A stretch of 64,000 bases of DNA from positions 1,016 through 65,015 of the IMG/VR virus record IMGVR_UViG_3300009705_000015; one strand, given 5' to 3'. The position numbers and the translations under genes are program-made. The DNA is from a virus (lineage: Duplodnaviria > Caudoviricetes). Under the pieces are notes generated by a model. That model saw nothing but the letters and a program-made list of their open reading frames with translations. It was not told where the DNA came from and did not search any database. The first letter of the stretch is position 1; each line of letters begins with the position of its first letter. Below, piece after piece: positions 9,824 to 19,254 of this stretch.

Positions 9824-10396
9824 ATGGATGAAACCATTGATGATGTTGACAAGGCCGATGTAATGGTGAAATCGAAACACGATGAATCGCTCGTGAGATT
9901 CGTTGCTCATCTCTTGGTGAGGGGCAAAACTGAATCAGAAGTCAAAAGGAACTTGATTGAAAATAGTCTGTTTAACTCTTCAAGCCCAGCCGACAAATGG
10001 CGTTCTCTTATTCGACAGGCGCAGATTGTTGCAGAGGACATTAAGTGGATGGTCGTGGCGAAAGCGGAGATGGATGATATTGAACATCAGAGGCTCGATT
10101 CATTTGGTCGAAGGCGACGAGCGATTGCTCGGCTCGAAGCGGTGATTGAATCGGCACATGACCAAGCGGATTCCGTCAGCAAATTGAATAGCGTTTCATT
10201 CATGCTTGGTGGTCTCATCAAGGCTCAAGAGTCAATGGATAAGTTCACGGGCGCACAGGAGGCCGCACCACAGGTTGTTGTCAATGTTGGATATGACCCG
10301 CTTCAACAATTCAGAGAAGTCATACAGGATGCAATTGAAATCATAGATGTTGAAGACGATTCAGATTCAGATGATGGAACAACAGATTCAGATTGA
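9824..10396 (+). CDS. putative terminase small subunit
   Basis: HTH-like N-terminus, helical middle, VVVNV strand and acidic IIDVE tail typical of TerS; late-type promoter. Confidence 0.5.
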   Translation: MDETIDDVDKADVMVKSKHDESLVRFVAHLLVRGKTESEVKRNLIENSLFNSSSPADKWRSLIRQAQIVAEDIKWMVVAKAEMDDIEHQRLDSFGRRRRAIARLEAVIESAHDQADSVSKLNSVSFMLGGLIKAQESMDKFTGAQEAAPQVVVNVGYDPLQQFREVIQDAIEIIDVEDDSDSDDGTTDSD

Positions 10397-10399
10397 ACC

Positions 10400-11170
10400 G
10401 CATATGCGATTCGCAACAGCAGGCTGTCAGCAGCAAGTGGTATTGAACTCAATATATCGCAGCACCGATTTACAACGTGAGATAGCAATTAACAAGGCAT
10501 CGACAGAAAAAAAAGCATGACCGAGAGCCTGTCTTTTATTCGGGTCAGGGAACGTGAGAATCCCAGAATCCGGTGCTGGGAATTATCCAGCAAGAGTCGC
10601 AGCACTATTCCAGCCACCAGCCCAAGCGCAGCAAACAATCAATCGACGGTTTTTCAGACGACCAAATTAAAAACCCAATCACACCCTCGCATCGACGAAC
10701 AAAAAACGCTATACTGCGAGCCTGTTGTTTTTCAAGGGTGCCTGACAAAAAGGGCATCGACACTTTTCCAGACGACCAAAGAATCTGGTGCTGCAGATTA
10801 TCCAGCAAGGAGGAATGGATAGAGGAACAGAACGTGCGATTTGGTATTGAGTTCAATATCACACATAGCCTATCGACACCATTCCAGACGACCAAGTGAA
10901 ACACGCCGGACCCAGACAAAATAACCGTGCTACTGCGAGCCTGTTTTTTCTTGCTAAAAAGCGTTTTAATCCCATCGACACTATTCTCAAAAAACAGGTA
11001 TTGACTTCAATATATCCGTGCTGCGAATTACCCTCAATCGCACGTTGTCCATCTCCAGCACAAAACCAGCACCAGATTGATTTGTCGATTATTCTTCGAG
11101 GTTATCGACAACAGATATTGGATTCGATACTCACTAAAGGGGGTTTGTCAAAATTGACAGATTATCTGCT
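10400..11170. repeat. non-coding mosaic of short repeated motifs (candidate pac or ori region)
   Basis: ATCGAC..CAGACGACCAA x3, GAGCCTGT x3, TATTGANNTCAATA x3, ATTATCCAGCAAG x2; no convincing ORF. Confidence 0.7.
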
Positions 11171-11288
11171 GCTCAAATAAATCACTATGGAACAATGCAA
11201 AAAGCCGGTTTTGAGGGCAATTGGTATTGATATACACGAAGCATTGATATAGTGCATAGTGCTACCAATGGATAAGGAGACCGCCAAT

Positions 11289-11819
11289 ATGAGCCAAACT
11301 GAAGAATTAGAAATGAGCCAGACAAACGAACTAACCCTTGATAGGGCAACAGGAACTTTGGTTCCTGCTGTTATGTCAACAGGCGCAGGTTGCGCCGTTG
11401 CATCATGGGCTACTTCGCAGAAGAAGACCGACCGTGCTACTGTTAATGAAGCACCTGCAGAAAAGCAAACCAACGCTGTTGACTTGACCATCATAGACAA
11501 CATCACAGGTGCAACAGACAACATCACCGGAGATGCAACAGTTGGTCTTGATAACCCAGACGCAATCATCACACAGAAATTGGGAACAAAATCCCTTGCT
11601 CTATTACTATTGATGAAACAGAACAAAATCACTTCTCTAAAGCAAGCACAGGAAATGTCCGAATCACTAATCAACGGTGATGTCGCAACACAGGCTACAC
11701 TACTTGGAATTGACTTTGACTCCGAGAGATTCGCTTTTGCTGAAACACTTCTAAAGGGAATCACCAACGATACTCGTGGAATGAAGGCAGGTCGCCAGCA
11801 ATTCACTGACCGTTCTTGA
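11289..11819 (+). CDS. hypothetical protein (class A cassette)
   Basis: ORF after attgatatacacgaagcattgatatag (11226-11252); GC hairpin at about 11851-11876 downstream. Confidence 0.7.
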   Translation: MSQTEELEMSQTNELTLDRATGTLVPAVMSTGAGCAVASWATSQKKTDRATVNEAPAEKQTNAVDLTIIDNITGATDNITGDATVGLDNPDAIITQKLGTKSLALLLLMKQNKITSLKQAQEMSESLINGDVATQATLLGIDFDSERFAFAETLLKGITNDTRGMKAGRQQFTDRS

Positions 11820-12548
11820 ATACCAAGCACGAGTCGAGTCGAGTCTTAGGCTCTCCATCCCTGCGGGGGTGGGGGGTCGTTGAGATGTGATAGTCAATTA
11901 TCCATGCCACCCATCTGGTGGTGTTGGTTGCAGTTCACCCGATACTCACACCGATTGGTGTGGAGATGATGAACAATACCATGCCGGTGATGCTGGAGGG
12001 ATTCATTCCTGAACTGCTCACCTCCAACATCTGTGATGGGTGCGATAGATGCCGCCCATGCGTGTGTGCTGGGGATGGCGTGTGCGTGTCGATTGCTTGA
12101 TGAGCAACGAGATTGCCTCCAAGCGATTCATGCGCTCACAGGCCAAACAAATAAACAAAATGTTCCAGAAGAATTGCAGGCTGGAGGGATGGTTGCTGAC
12201 CAACCCCCCCATCTGTTATCGAGAGCCATATTTATTTTGGATTCCTGTGCAATATCCCCTCGAAAATTATTGTCGTTTTTCACTATTTTTTTTCTTAACT
12301 TTTCATACTACTTCTGTTCTCTAATAATAATTAAACAAACAAGAGGGGTATAGGACACACACACACGATACAAAACCTAAACGCACTACGCAATCTGGAG
12401 GTGTGTGTATGCCTCAAAGGGGGGTCTGGTTCCATTCATTGTTCTAACCCCCTTTAGGGGGTTAATGATTGCAGGCTGGTTTCACAGGCTCAAGAAGCAT
12501 CCCAATCATTCCAAGTCATTGAAATACGGTGAGCGCATCCATCCAGAT

Positions 12549-12788
12549 ATGACCGACTCGATGTTGAAGTGGGGCTATGATAATTATTCCACATACTCAT
12601 CCGTTTGTCCAAACACAGGCTGGGAATTACGGATTCAACGAGTTCGGGTTCGGGCGGTTCGGAACGTATGGGTGATATTTGTCAATGGTGAAGAATACTC
12701 CAATAAGCGACGATACTCGGATGCTCAACGAGCGATTGAGAATTGGGTGAGCGAAGGTTCAATGGAATCTCGACTCACGCTGGTTTGA
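12549..12788 (+). CDS. small hypothetical protein
   Basis: ATG 30 nt after a TTGAAATA box. Confidence 0.55.
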   Translation: MTDSMLKWGYDNYSTYSSVCPNTGWELRIQRVRVRAVRNVWVIFVNGEEYSNKRRYSDAQRAIENWVSEGSMESRLTLV

Positions 12789-12814
12789 AATACAGGATTC
12801 ATCTCCGAGAAGTT

Positions 12815-13015
12815 ATGGCTCGCAGATGTGTTCAAAAGAATTGCACCAACCAACCCAATCGTGGATTCAGGGTTTGCTCAATCCACCGCCCAGATTTATT
12901 GAAAAAACAAAAGGCTGCTTTGGCCAAAGTGAAATCAATCGAAGAGGCAAGTGGAATCCTCAAACAAGGCTCGCCATTATCTGATAGAACATCTCCATCT
13001 GGTGAAGACGAATAG
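12815..13015 (+). CDS. small CCCH-type protein
   Basis: MARRCVQKNC...VCSIH. Confidence 0.5.
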   Translation: MARRCVQKNCTNQPNRGFRVCSIHRPDLLKKQKAALAKVKSIEEASGILKQGSPLSDRTSPSGEDE

Positions 13016-13054
13016 GCCAATACCGTGATAACCCCCCACGCAAGAGGTTGAGTT

Positions 13055-13351
13055 ATGGTTTTGACTCACATTGCTCTTTCAGCAACAGGAACACAGGTCG
13101 TGTCAGCGACTCCGTTTTCAATGTTATCTGGAATAAGTGGCTCTTTCAAACAAGACGAATGCACCATCACCGTGTATGATGCCAAAAGTGTTGCCGATGC
13201 GGTTGCTGGTGCGGTTGCATTTGAGTTCGACGCATACCTGCAAAATCAGTTTTCATTTGTATTCAACGAGGCTATATTCTTGCAGGGAATTGTTGTCAAG
13301 GCAACAATCGTTGGCACGGGTCCGGCAAATATAATTGTCGATTGGGAATGA
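13055..13351 (+). CDS. small beta-rich hypothetical protein (possibly virion)
   Basis: ORF after a late-type GATAACCCCCC promoter. Confidence 0.6.
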   Translation: MVLTHIALSATGTQVVSATPFSMLSGISGSFKQDECTITVYDAKSVADAVAGAVAFEFDAYLQNQFSFVFNEAIFLQGIVVKATIVGTGPANIIVDWE

Positions 13352-13356
13352 TTTGA

Positions 13357-13680
13357 ATGGATTCCGATTTGAACAGTGTTCTGGGCGAAACGGTATTGAA
13401 GCCGATAATGTTGTTGATTCAATCTGGCGACAACGTGAGAATCATAAACGAAGACGACGACATCGGTGAAGTCAAAATCACCAGCACATTCGAGGATATT
13501 ATTGCTGGAATCAGTTCAGCAATGCAAGAAGCATTCAAACATCAAGTCGAGAATCCAAAAGTCATTATGGATATGACTCGTTGCTGCAACCCAGATGGCC
13601 AATTGGAACATTTGGTATTCGACCACGATGCGGAGTCAGGACATAACAACGCTTGTCGATTGCTATGGTCGGCATATTGA
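13357..13680 (+). CDS. hypothetical protein
   Basis: ORF in the operon. Confidence 0.55.
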   Translation: MDSDLNSVLGETVLKPIMLLIQSGDNVRIINEDDDIGEVKITSTFEDIIAGISSAMQEAFKHQVENPKVIMDMTRCCNPDGQLEHLVFDHDAESGHNNACRLLWSAY

Positions 13681-13735
13681 GGAACAAGAGCATTGATATA
13701 CTCGCAACACCACCATGAGGTGGAGGCCGATTGGT

Positions 13736-14536
13736 GTGAGTTCAAAAATAATTCCATTCAATTTCATCGAGATTGATTATGTTGACAAGAGAATAGAGGC
13801 TGTGTTGAATGCTGCTCACCTCGCACAGATTTCAGGCATAGTTCCAGATTGTTGCTATCAAGTGAGCGAGGGCATTGCATACTCTTTGAATGAGATGGGA
13901 TTCCCAGATGCAAAGTCAATGGCCTGTGATGTTTATGGATGGAACCATCACTTCACACGAGCCAAAAGTGGAGAAGCCATAGTCAAAAGGATTCCAAAAC
14001 ATCAGGTCAATCGGCATCCCCAGCGTGGCGGTCGAAAAAAGAAGGAGACGAGGATTTGGCCATATTGCCTCGCCATCCACCACGAACAAGAAGTCGAAGG
14101 AACAGGATATGATGGTCATGTTGTTGCCATGTGCGACGGCTGGGTTCTCGATTCAACCGCCGGTCAATTCACCCGACCAGCAAAGAAGGTTCTTGTTCCT
14201 GACCAATTGATAATTCCATTGAAAGCGTTTGTCGCAATTGACCCAGCACTAATGACAAATGGTTGGTGCGAATGGATAGATACTCACGATGTTGAAGAAG
14301 AATGGTTTTCCAAAAAGTCGATTGCACCAGAATTGGTTTCAATCGGCTCGATGAATGAAATCAAACCGAGCGAATCTGGATTCATGGCGATTTGCCTTCG
14401 ACCAGATATTGACTCCGATAATTGGATGCTGCATACTCCACAGACCAAAACCAATCTCCAGAATACAAATAAAATTATTCTTGAACTGTCAAATCAAATC
14501 CTCAAAGACCCGACAAAGGTTTCAATCGACATATGA
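13736..14536 (+). CDS. transglutaminase/papain-like fold protein
   Basis: CCYQVS ... GHVVA ... VLDSTAGQF gives Cys-His-Asp order; start uncertain (13715 or 13736). Confidence 0.5.
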   Translation: MSSKIIPFNFIEIDYVDKRIEAVLNAAHLAQISGIVPDCCYQVSEGIAYSLNEMGFPDAKSMACDVYGWNHHFTRAKSGEAIVKRIPKHQVNRHPQRGGRKKKETRIWPYCLAIHHEQEVEGTGYDGHVVAMCDGWVLDSTAGQFTRPAKKVLVPDQLIIPLKAFVAIDPALMTNGWCEWIDTHDVEEEWFSKKSIAPELVSIGSMNEIKPSESGFMAICLRPDIDSDNWMLHTPQTKTNLQNTNKIILELSNQILKDPTKVSIDI

Positions 14537-14548
14537 GTCGCATTCATA

Positions 14549-14812
14549 ATGGTGGGGAGACACCCCAAAGTTATGTGTCCAGACGATGCCATAGATGATG
14601 ATGATTCCGTTCAGATTGAAATTAACGGTCGAAGAGAAACCCGTTCTTGGGAACTCAACGCCAACACAGCACCATCGGCGATTGGTGAAAAAGTCCAAAT
14701 GTTATTGATGTCGAATCCTCAACAGGTTTTCAGAATGTTCCGTGCAGATGAAGTCATATTCATCACCGCCGTCGAGGGAGAAGAATGGAAAAGAGTCGAG
14801 AACGAGGATTGA
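14549..14812 (+). CDS. hypothetical protein
   Basis: ORF. Confidence 0.5.
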   Translation: MVGRHPKVMCPDDAIDDDDSVQIEINGRRETRSWELNANTAPSAIGEKVQMLLMSNPQQVFRMFRADEVIFITAVEGEEWKRVENED

Positions 14813-15363
14813 CCAATCCATTAAGTGTTGAACATCTCTTGCTCGTGCGCTCGTTGTATCGTGAACTTCGTGCCGAGAGGCCAGACGAACTCGGTGGGTT
14901 GCCATCAGGAACTTCTTGGTTGAGATGGCGATATCTCCGTGAAGGAACTATTCGTGTGCTGGCGCAAGTCAGGCTGAAAGACGACGACTTTACGTTGTCG
15001 ATTAACCGATATGCCTTCGATTATTACTTCGAGGGTTCACCGATACTACTCAAAGGATTGATTCATCACGAACTGATTCACATAGTTCTCGGTTCGAGCG
15101 AGGGTCATGGACCCATGTTCCAAAGGATGGAGAAGTCTTGGATGGAATATCCAGATTACAAATACCACAGAGCCAAGTTCGTGCGCTCGGTGGAACGGCT
15201 TGAACGTGAAAGAGGCAACCTCCATCGCTATGAATGTCCGAATTGCCAAAAGGTATTATTCCGAACAAGGGCTATGTCTCCCGAATCGGCTTGTCGAGAG
15301 TGCTGCAAAGTATTCAACAAAGGTGTTTGGTGTGAATCCTATGTATTGATAAAGGTGGGATAA
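14785..15363 (+). CDS. SprT-like zinc metalloprotease with Zn ribbon
   Basis: HELIH...GHG..F then YECPNC...CREC. Confidence 0.85.
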   Translation: MEKSRERGLTNPLSVEHLLLVRSLYRELRAERPDELGGLPSGTSWLRWRYLREGTIRVLAQVRLKDDDFTLSINRYAFDYYFEGSPILLKGLIHHELIHIVLGSSEGHGPMFQRMEKSWMEYPDYKYHRAKFVRSVERLERERGNLHRYECPNCQKVLFRTRAMSPESACRECCKVFNKGVWCESYVLIKVG

Positions 15364-15375
15364 CCAGCACGGCTC

Positions 15376-15861
15376 ATGCCGAGAAAAAAACCACTGATAG
15401 GAAAGCGTGAAATGAAGAAAATGTGCCGAACAAATATCCAGATGTCTTTGGAATCCAAAGGACTCCAATGTGAGGATATGACAGCAGGTTCAATCAAATA
15501 CACCGTCGCCAGATACCCACATGAAGAGAATCAGATTGTCGCCGCTATCTATGGCTCAATCAAGGGCTGTGCATCGTTATGGATGAAAGAAGCAGCATTC
15601 GCTCAAATCAAAGAATCATTGCCAGCCGATACTATTGTCGAAGATGTCGCATTATTCCGCAGAGGATTTCAATGGGCGGTTCACTTTGAATCGCACACGG
15701 ATGAGCGAATCGAATTATGTGTCAATGCCTCGATTAGTGCAGGTAATGTCAGACTCAAAAAAACCGAACTCCGCCGTGCAGATGATGTTCGCAGAGATGA
15801 AAGTCGTGCAGAGCGTGAAACCAAAATGGCAGAACGCAAGCGTGATTGGAAAGACGCTTGA
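15376..15861 (+). CDS. hypothetical protein
   Basis: ORF after ttgataaaggtggg. Confidence 0.65.
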   Translation: MPRKKPLIGKREMKKMCRTNIQMSLESKGLQCEDMTAGSIKYTVARYPHEENQIVAAIYGSIKGCASLWMKEAAFAQIKESLPADTIVEDVALFRRGFQWAVHFESHTDERIELCVNASISAGNVRLKKTELRRADDVRRDESRAERETKMAERKRDWKDA

Positions 15862-15906
15862 TTGATATACCGAACCATTGATATAGTGGAACTACTTAGG
15901 ATGGGT

Positions 15907-17040
15907 ATGGCCACCATACCAGAAACCCAGACCACAGCGATATCGGCACTTGCAGAAGTGCTTGAAGTATTACCGACCAGAAGCCAAAAGTTCGCCGGAG
16001 ACCTCGTGTCAAAAGGCAGCAAGTGGGTTCTATCGAGCAAACAAATGTTCTATGTCAACAAGTTCGTCAAAGAAGGCGAAGACGCAACCTCGACAACAGG
16101 CGAAGAGGGCGCTGGTAAAACAATCACCACCGTCAGCACCATCACCCCGTCAACAACCGAGAACATCTCGGAACTGTGCGACCAATTAGAAGCAGTTCGA
16201 CCACACTTGAAATCAAGTGGCCAGAACTTCGCTCAATCCTTGATTCGTCAAGGTCGAAGCAAAGGCTTCTTATCCGCCAAGCAATTGCCATTTGTCCATA
16301 AAATGATTGCAGAAGGCAATGACATGAAAGGCAAACACGCATCGACAATGGCATCCAGAGATGCGGCTCGTGTGGCTCGTGAAGCGGCTCGTGAAGCACA
16401 TCGAATCGCAACCACACCTGTGAGCGATTCAGAAGCAATGACAGGATTTGAAGCAGTTCTCGAATTATTCGACGGTGCTGGTGCAACATTAACACGCACC
16501 AAAATCCACTTGATTACTGATGATGGCCAAGAAGTCGTTGTTCGCTCGAACCGACGCAACGGCGAATCCAATGATGTTCTCTATATCCATAATCATGGCG
16601 CTGACTACAACGACCGTGATTCCCAATTCGGACACATCACCAAATCAACCGCAGGCTGGAACTTCACACCAGCAACCACAGAATCGGTTGTTGCAGTTAT
16701 GACTCAATTCCGCAATGACCCAATCGCAACGGTTTCAGAGATGGGGCGCAAATCCGGTCGCTGTTGCTTCTGCTCTTTGCCTCTAACTGACTTCAAGTCC
16801 ACCGCACACGGCTATGGACCCATCTGTGCCAAGCATTACGCATTACCATACTCTAAGACCACCGCTATGGTCATTGAAGGCACTATCGAAGCACGAGTCG
16901 TTGAAGTCGTTATCCTTCGTGATGATGAAGGGAACTACGCTGTCAAAGACCGTTCCACAGGCGAAACAATCTGCACATTCCAATCCCGTCAAAAGGCAAA
17001 CGAATATGCAGACCAATTCTCCGTTGTCGAAAAGGTTTGA
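15907..17040 (+). CDS. DUF6011-like Zn-finger protein (class A cassette)
   Basis: CCFCSLPLTDFKSTAHGYGPIC motif; duplicated FA..L...G..LS.KQ motif near the N-terminus; promoter at 15861-15887. Confidence 0.75.
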   Translation: MATIPETQTTAISALAEVLEVLPTRSQKFAGDLVSKGSKWVLSSKQMFYVNKFVKEGEDATSTTGEEGAGKTITTVSTITPSTTENISELCDQLEAVRPHLKSSGQNFAQSLIRQGRSKGFLSAKQLPFVHKMIAEGNDMKGKHASTMASRDAARVAREAAREAHRIATTPVSDSEAMTGFEAVLELFDGAGATLTRTKIHLITDDGQEVVVRSNRRNGESNDVLYIHNHGADYNDRDSQFGHITKSTAGWNFTPATTESVVAVMTQFRNDPIATVSEMGRKSGRCCFCSLPLTDFKSTAHGYGPICAKHYALPYSKTTAMVIEGTIEARVVEVVILRDDEGNYAVKDRSTGETICTFQSRQKANEYADQFSVVEKV

Positions 17041-17079
17041 ACAGATAGATTGAATGTGGGCGGCTTGCCTCCTTGTATT

Positions 17080-18615
17080 ATGAGCAAGGCTGGCAATGCT
17101 GTTCTCACAGGCGAACAAGCGAGGGAGATTGCTCTCTATCCAGACCGTTGGGCTTCTTATTTCAGAACCATCAACGGCAAAGCATTCTTGCTGGGAGAGC
17201 GACCGTATCTCCAAGAAGTCTATCGCCACTTTGGTGCAACCGAGCGCAATGACATAACGAAAGTGATTGTTCTCAAGTGTTCTCGCAAGGTTGAAAAAAC
17301 TGAAACCATCTGCAACATTCTCCTGTATGGGTTGCTCAACATTCCATACTTCAATGCGGTCTATACTGCGCCCAGACAACCGCAAGTGAGCCGATTCGTC
17401 GAGGAACGGTTCAATGGGGCTATGATGAGTTCGGTGAACAATGGATGCCTTCTAAAGCAGCGTATCAAGACAAGCGTGAGCCACCAGACATTCGATGTTG
17501 GTGCAAGGTCTTTGAATCACTTCTATGCCTATTCAAATTGGGGAGATGCACATGGGCTTCTTGGTATCGCCGCAGACCTGTGTTGCATTGACGAATATCA
17601 GGATTGCGACCCAGACGTTCTCCCGATGCTGATGGAGATGCTCACCCAATCGAACTTCAAAATAGTGCTTGTATCTGGCACAGCCCGTGAACAAGGCTCG
17701 GAGTTCTGGAGGCTTTGGGAATCCAGCACGAAGGGCGAATGGGATGGCAGCCAATGGGTGCATCAAAACGGCGGTGCAACGCAAGTTCAGAACATCTATG
17801 GCTATCACATAACCCAATTGATTCATCCATCCGTGTCAGACGCCGATATAGAGCAAAAGCGAGGAACATACTCGCCTCGTCGATTTCAAAACGAAGTGCT
17901 TGGCGAGTTCTTTGCCGGTTCTGCAAAACCTCTCACGTTCGATGTTGCGTTGAATTGTATTGACCCCAATAAGTTCCCAGCGGAGTCTCTGGCGATTCCA
18001 GCAGAATCGGTCATGGGAATTGATTGGGGATTGACAACGACAATCGTGATTTGCAGCAAGGATGGAAAAGAGATATTGAATGCAATACGGATTGAGGCGA
18101 GAGGCGATGGAGAATTGGATGAAGTCGCCAGAATCAAAGAACTAATTCTCCGATACAATTGCGTGAAGGTCGTGTGCGATATCGGATATGGTGCAAGACA
18201 AACAAAGGAACTCCAAGACGAGTTCGCCGACCGTGTTTGCTCGTGCTATTATTCATCTCGACCAATGACTCCATATCAGTTCAAGCGAAGAGATAACAAC
18301 CGCAACATAATCAATATGGCCGTTGTCGATAGGACAACGTATGTGGAAAAAACGCTTGAAATTATCAAGAACAAGGAAATCTCTCTCCCATTCAAAGACC
18401 GAGATTTGGAATGGGTTCTCCATGAATGGTGCGCCATCAACAGTTCGGTCGAAGACGACATGAAAAGCCAGAGACAATTGCGAGGGCAAACCTTGACCAA
18501 GTATGGTCGAGATGGCGACGACCACGCATTCCACGCCCTGCTGTATGCGTTGCTGGCTATCGAGATGATGGATGAGGGTGGCGGATTGCCAACCATGAGA
18601 ACCTTTGGTGCTTAG
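17080..18615 (+). CDS. terL: terminase large subunit
   Basis: Walker A-like SRKVEKT, Walker B CCIDE, SGT coupling motif, nuclease GIDWG and DDHAFHA. Confidence 0.9.
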   Translation: MSKAGNAVLTGEQAREIALYPDRWASYFRTINGKAFLLGERPYLQEVYRHFGATERNDITKVIVLKCSRKVEKTETICNILLYGLLNIPYFNAVYTAPRQPQVSRFVEERFNGAMMSSVNNGCLLKQRIKTSVSHQTFDVGARSLNHFYAYSNWGDAHGLLGIAADLCCIDEYQDCDPDVLPMLMEMLTQSNFKIVLVSGTAREQGSEFWRLWESSTKGEWDGSQWVHQNGGATQVQNIYGYHITQLIHPSVSDADIEQKRGTYSPRRFQNEVLGEFFAGSAKPLTFDVALNCIDPNKFPAESLAIPAESVMGIDWGLTTTIVICSKDGKEILNAIRIEARGDGELDEVARIKELILRYNCVKVVCDIGYGARQTKELQDEFADRVCSCYYSSRPMTPYQFKRRDNNRNIINMAVVDRTTYVEKTLEIIKNKEISLPFKDRDLEWVLHEWCAINSSVEDDMKSQRQLRGQTLTKYGRDGDDHAFHALLYALLAIEMMDEGGGLPTMRTFGA

Positions 18616-18941
18616 AGACCAAGCAATCTGGCTTCTGTTGCATCTCGCATCTCGGTGATGATTTGCATTCGGCGTTCACATCTCTTTTCCAATTTGGCAA
18701 CATCGGTTGATTTGGACCCCATGTCTCGCCAATCGACAATGACCAATTTTGTTTCAACGAACTCTTGGCAATCATGGCAGAACCAACGAGTCCATTTACA
18801 CTGCACCTTCGCTTTAATGTTGTCAGTAATTTGTTGAACAAGGAGATTGCATTCGCAGGCTCCGCAGCGTCTTTCTTTATACACATAACCTAAATCAAGA
18901 AGTCCGTTTTCATCTCTTTCTGTTAGTTCTGGTTGCGTCAT
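18612..18941 (-). CDS. Zn-ribbon hypothetical protein
   Basis: CGAC...CHDC; divergent TTGATATA box at about 18978-18986. Confidence 0.6.
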   Translation of the reverse strand: MTQPELTERDENGLLDLGYVYKERRCGACECNLLVQQITDNIKAKVQCKWTRWFCHDCQEFVETKLVIVDWRDMGSKSTDVAKLEKRCERRMQIITEMRDATEARLLGL

Positions 18942-19053
18942 TTGTCTATACCCTCTGTGCTGACCCACCTCGTTGTAGTATATCAAACCCATTGATATTA
19001 CTCACCATTGATACACCGGCACATTGATATAGTGGTGGTGCGTGGTGTGGTTT

Positions 19054-19210
19054 GTAGCAGACAACCACCACCTGCGAGCGAAATCGACGAAGCGCATTGA
19101 GCGCAGACTCCTAAGCCGCCTGTGGGGTCGGCTGCTACAATTCCAGACCAGCGCACCGGCAAACCACAGGCGACGGCTTAGTGGGGAGTTCACGAGGTTG
19201 GCTGGGAATC
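19054..19210 (+). ncRNA. candidate structured ncRNA, about 155 nt
   Basis: Triple ATTGATA promoter (18991/19007/19023) with no ATG at +30; CTAAGCCG/CGGCTTAG, CCTGTGG/CCACAGG and GTAGCAG/CTGCTAC pairings. Confidence 0.6.
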
Positions 19211-19254
19211 CTTTTCACCAATCCATAAAAAACCCCAGCGCCAATGTTATTGGT

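Noticed and set aside
10400-11170. CRISPR or TIGR-like array
   Set aside because: The repeats are short, interleaved and irregularly spaced, with no constant repeat-spacer unit, and no Cas or Nop-domain protein was recognised in the window.
19042-19254. N-terminal extensions in the ORF track (also 31359-31706 and 34084-34209)
   Set aside because: They cross promoters or structured elements; better starts lie about 30 nt after TATA-like boxes.
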